From the NCBI RefSeq assembly GCF_006345805.1, contig NC_042997.1:99324001-99388000 (forward strand): a DNA stretch of 64,000 nucleotides, given 5' to 3'. Source of the DNA: Octopus sinensis (Eukaryota). The position numbers were made by a program, and so were the translations under genes. Shown piece by piece: positions 63,398-64,000 of the stretch. The notes beneath the pieces are model-generated. The model did no database searches. It was not told where the DNA came from and was given only the letters and a program-made list of their open reading frames with translations. Each line of letters opens with the position of its first letter. Position 1 is the first letter of the stretch.

Positions 63398-64000
63398 TGG
63401 GCTTGTTAATTTTAGAAAGGAAGTAAGTAGTAGGGGTGCGTGGAGCACGAACAATGAGGTCGGAAGTGGTGGGAGGATGATGGGAGAAGAAAATGGGGTC
63501 ATGAATAGTGGAGGATACAGTCTGTTGGTAGTTAGGCGTGGGATTGGAGGGCAGAGGGCAAGAGAAGGAGGTGTCTTGAAGTTGACGGAGAGCTTTAGGC
63601 TTGTAAAGTTCTATGCGCCACACCACTACAGCTCCACCCTTGTCGGCCGGTTTGATGACGATATTTTTGCATTGACAGAAGCATCGAAAGGCCGCAAGTT
63701 CGGCAGGGGAAATGTTGCAATGTGGAGGAGGCCTGAAAAAGTTAAACCGGTCCACAAGACGTTGGCAGGTGCTTGCAAATTGATCAACTGCTTGGAACTG
63801 GCTAGGAGCTGGCGTCCAGGGAAATGGTTGACATCCCAGGTAGGTGAAGCAGTCTTCTTCATTAGATGCGGGTGGAGTGTTGTGGAATAGTGCATGTAGC
63901 CAGACGCGGCACACAAAGTGTTGAATATCAGCATGGGTCTGAAGCGGGATGAAGCACAGACCCTTACCGAGAAGAGAGCGCTCCATTTCAGAGAAAGAAA
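63398..64000 (-). pseudogene. Penelope-like element RT N-terminal fragment
   Basis: ERSLLGKGLCF..NIVIKPADKGGAVVVW..ALRQLQD..NPT..PTTYFLSKINKP, matching the PLE pre-RT motifs (DKG, P.FY.LPKIHK). Confidence 0.85.

Overview
AT-rich, microsatellite-saturated animal DNA with no confidently recognisable host gene, rRNA, true tRNA or CRISPR array. The repeat repertoire resembles coleoid cephalopod (Octopus-like) intergenic or intronic DNA; this taxonomic call is an inference. Almost all ORFs in the track are artefacts of simple repeats or antisense frames of decayed transposons. Recognisable content: decayed Penelope-like elements (PLE; GIY-YIG and RT fragments, pseudo-LTRs), several R4/Dong-type non-LTR fragments sitting in (AAT)n arrays, an L1/Tx1 RT fragment, a HERO-like 3' end, three mariners (one full length with 37-bp TIRs), a Tc1, and many tRNA-derived SINEs. 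The main discovery is a dense set of type-I hammerhead ribozyme (HHR) motifs carried by short non-coding 347-499 bp tandem units inserted in (TA)n arrays, i.e. retrozyme or pseudo-LTR-like elements. The best case is 40789-41545, a 352-bp unit with 116-bp terminal redundancy plus a 270-bp inverted copy, giving an intact HHR on each strand. A diverged relative at 4944-5309 shows compensatory changes in its hairpins and a U3:A8 core variant. A second putative system is a ~585-bp non-coding element that co-occurs with R4/Dong copies in (AAT)n arrays. All alignments and folds were done by eye.
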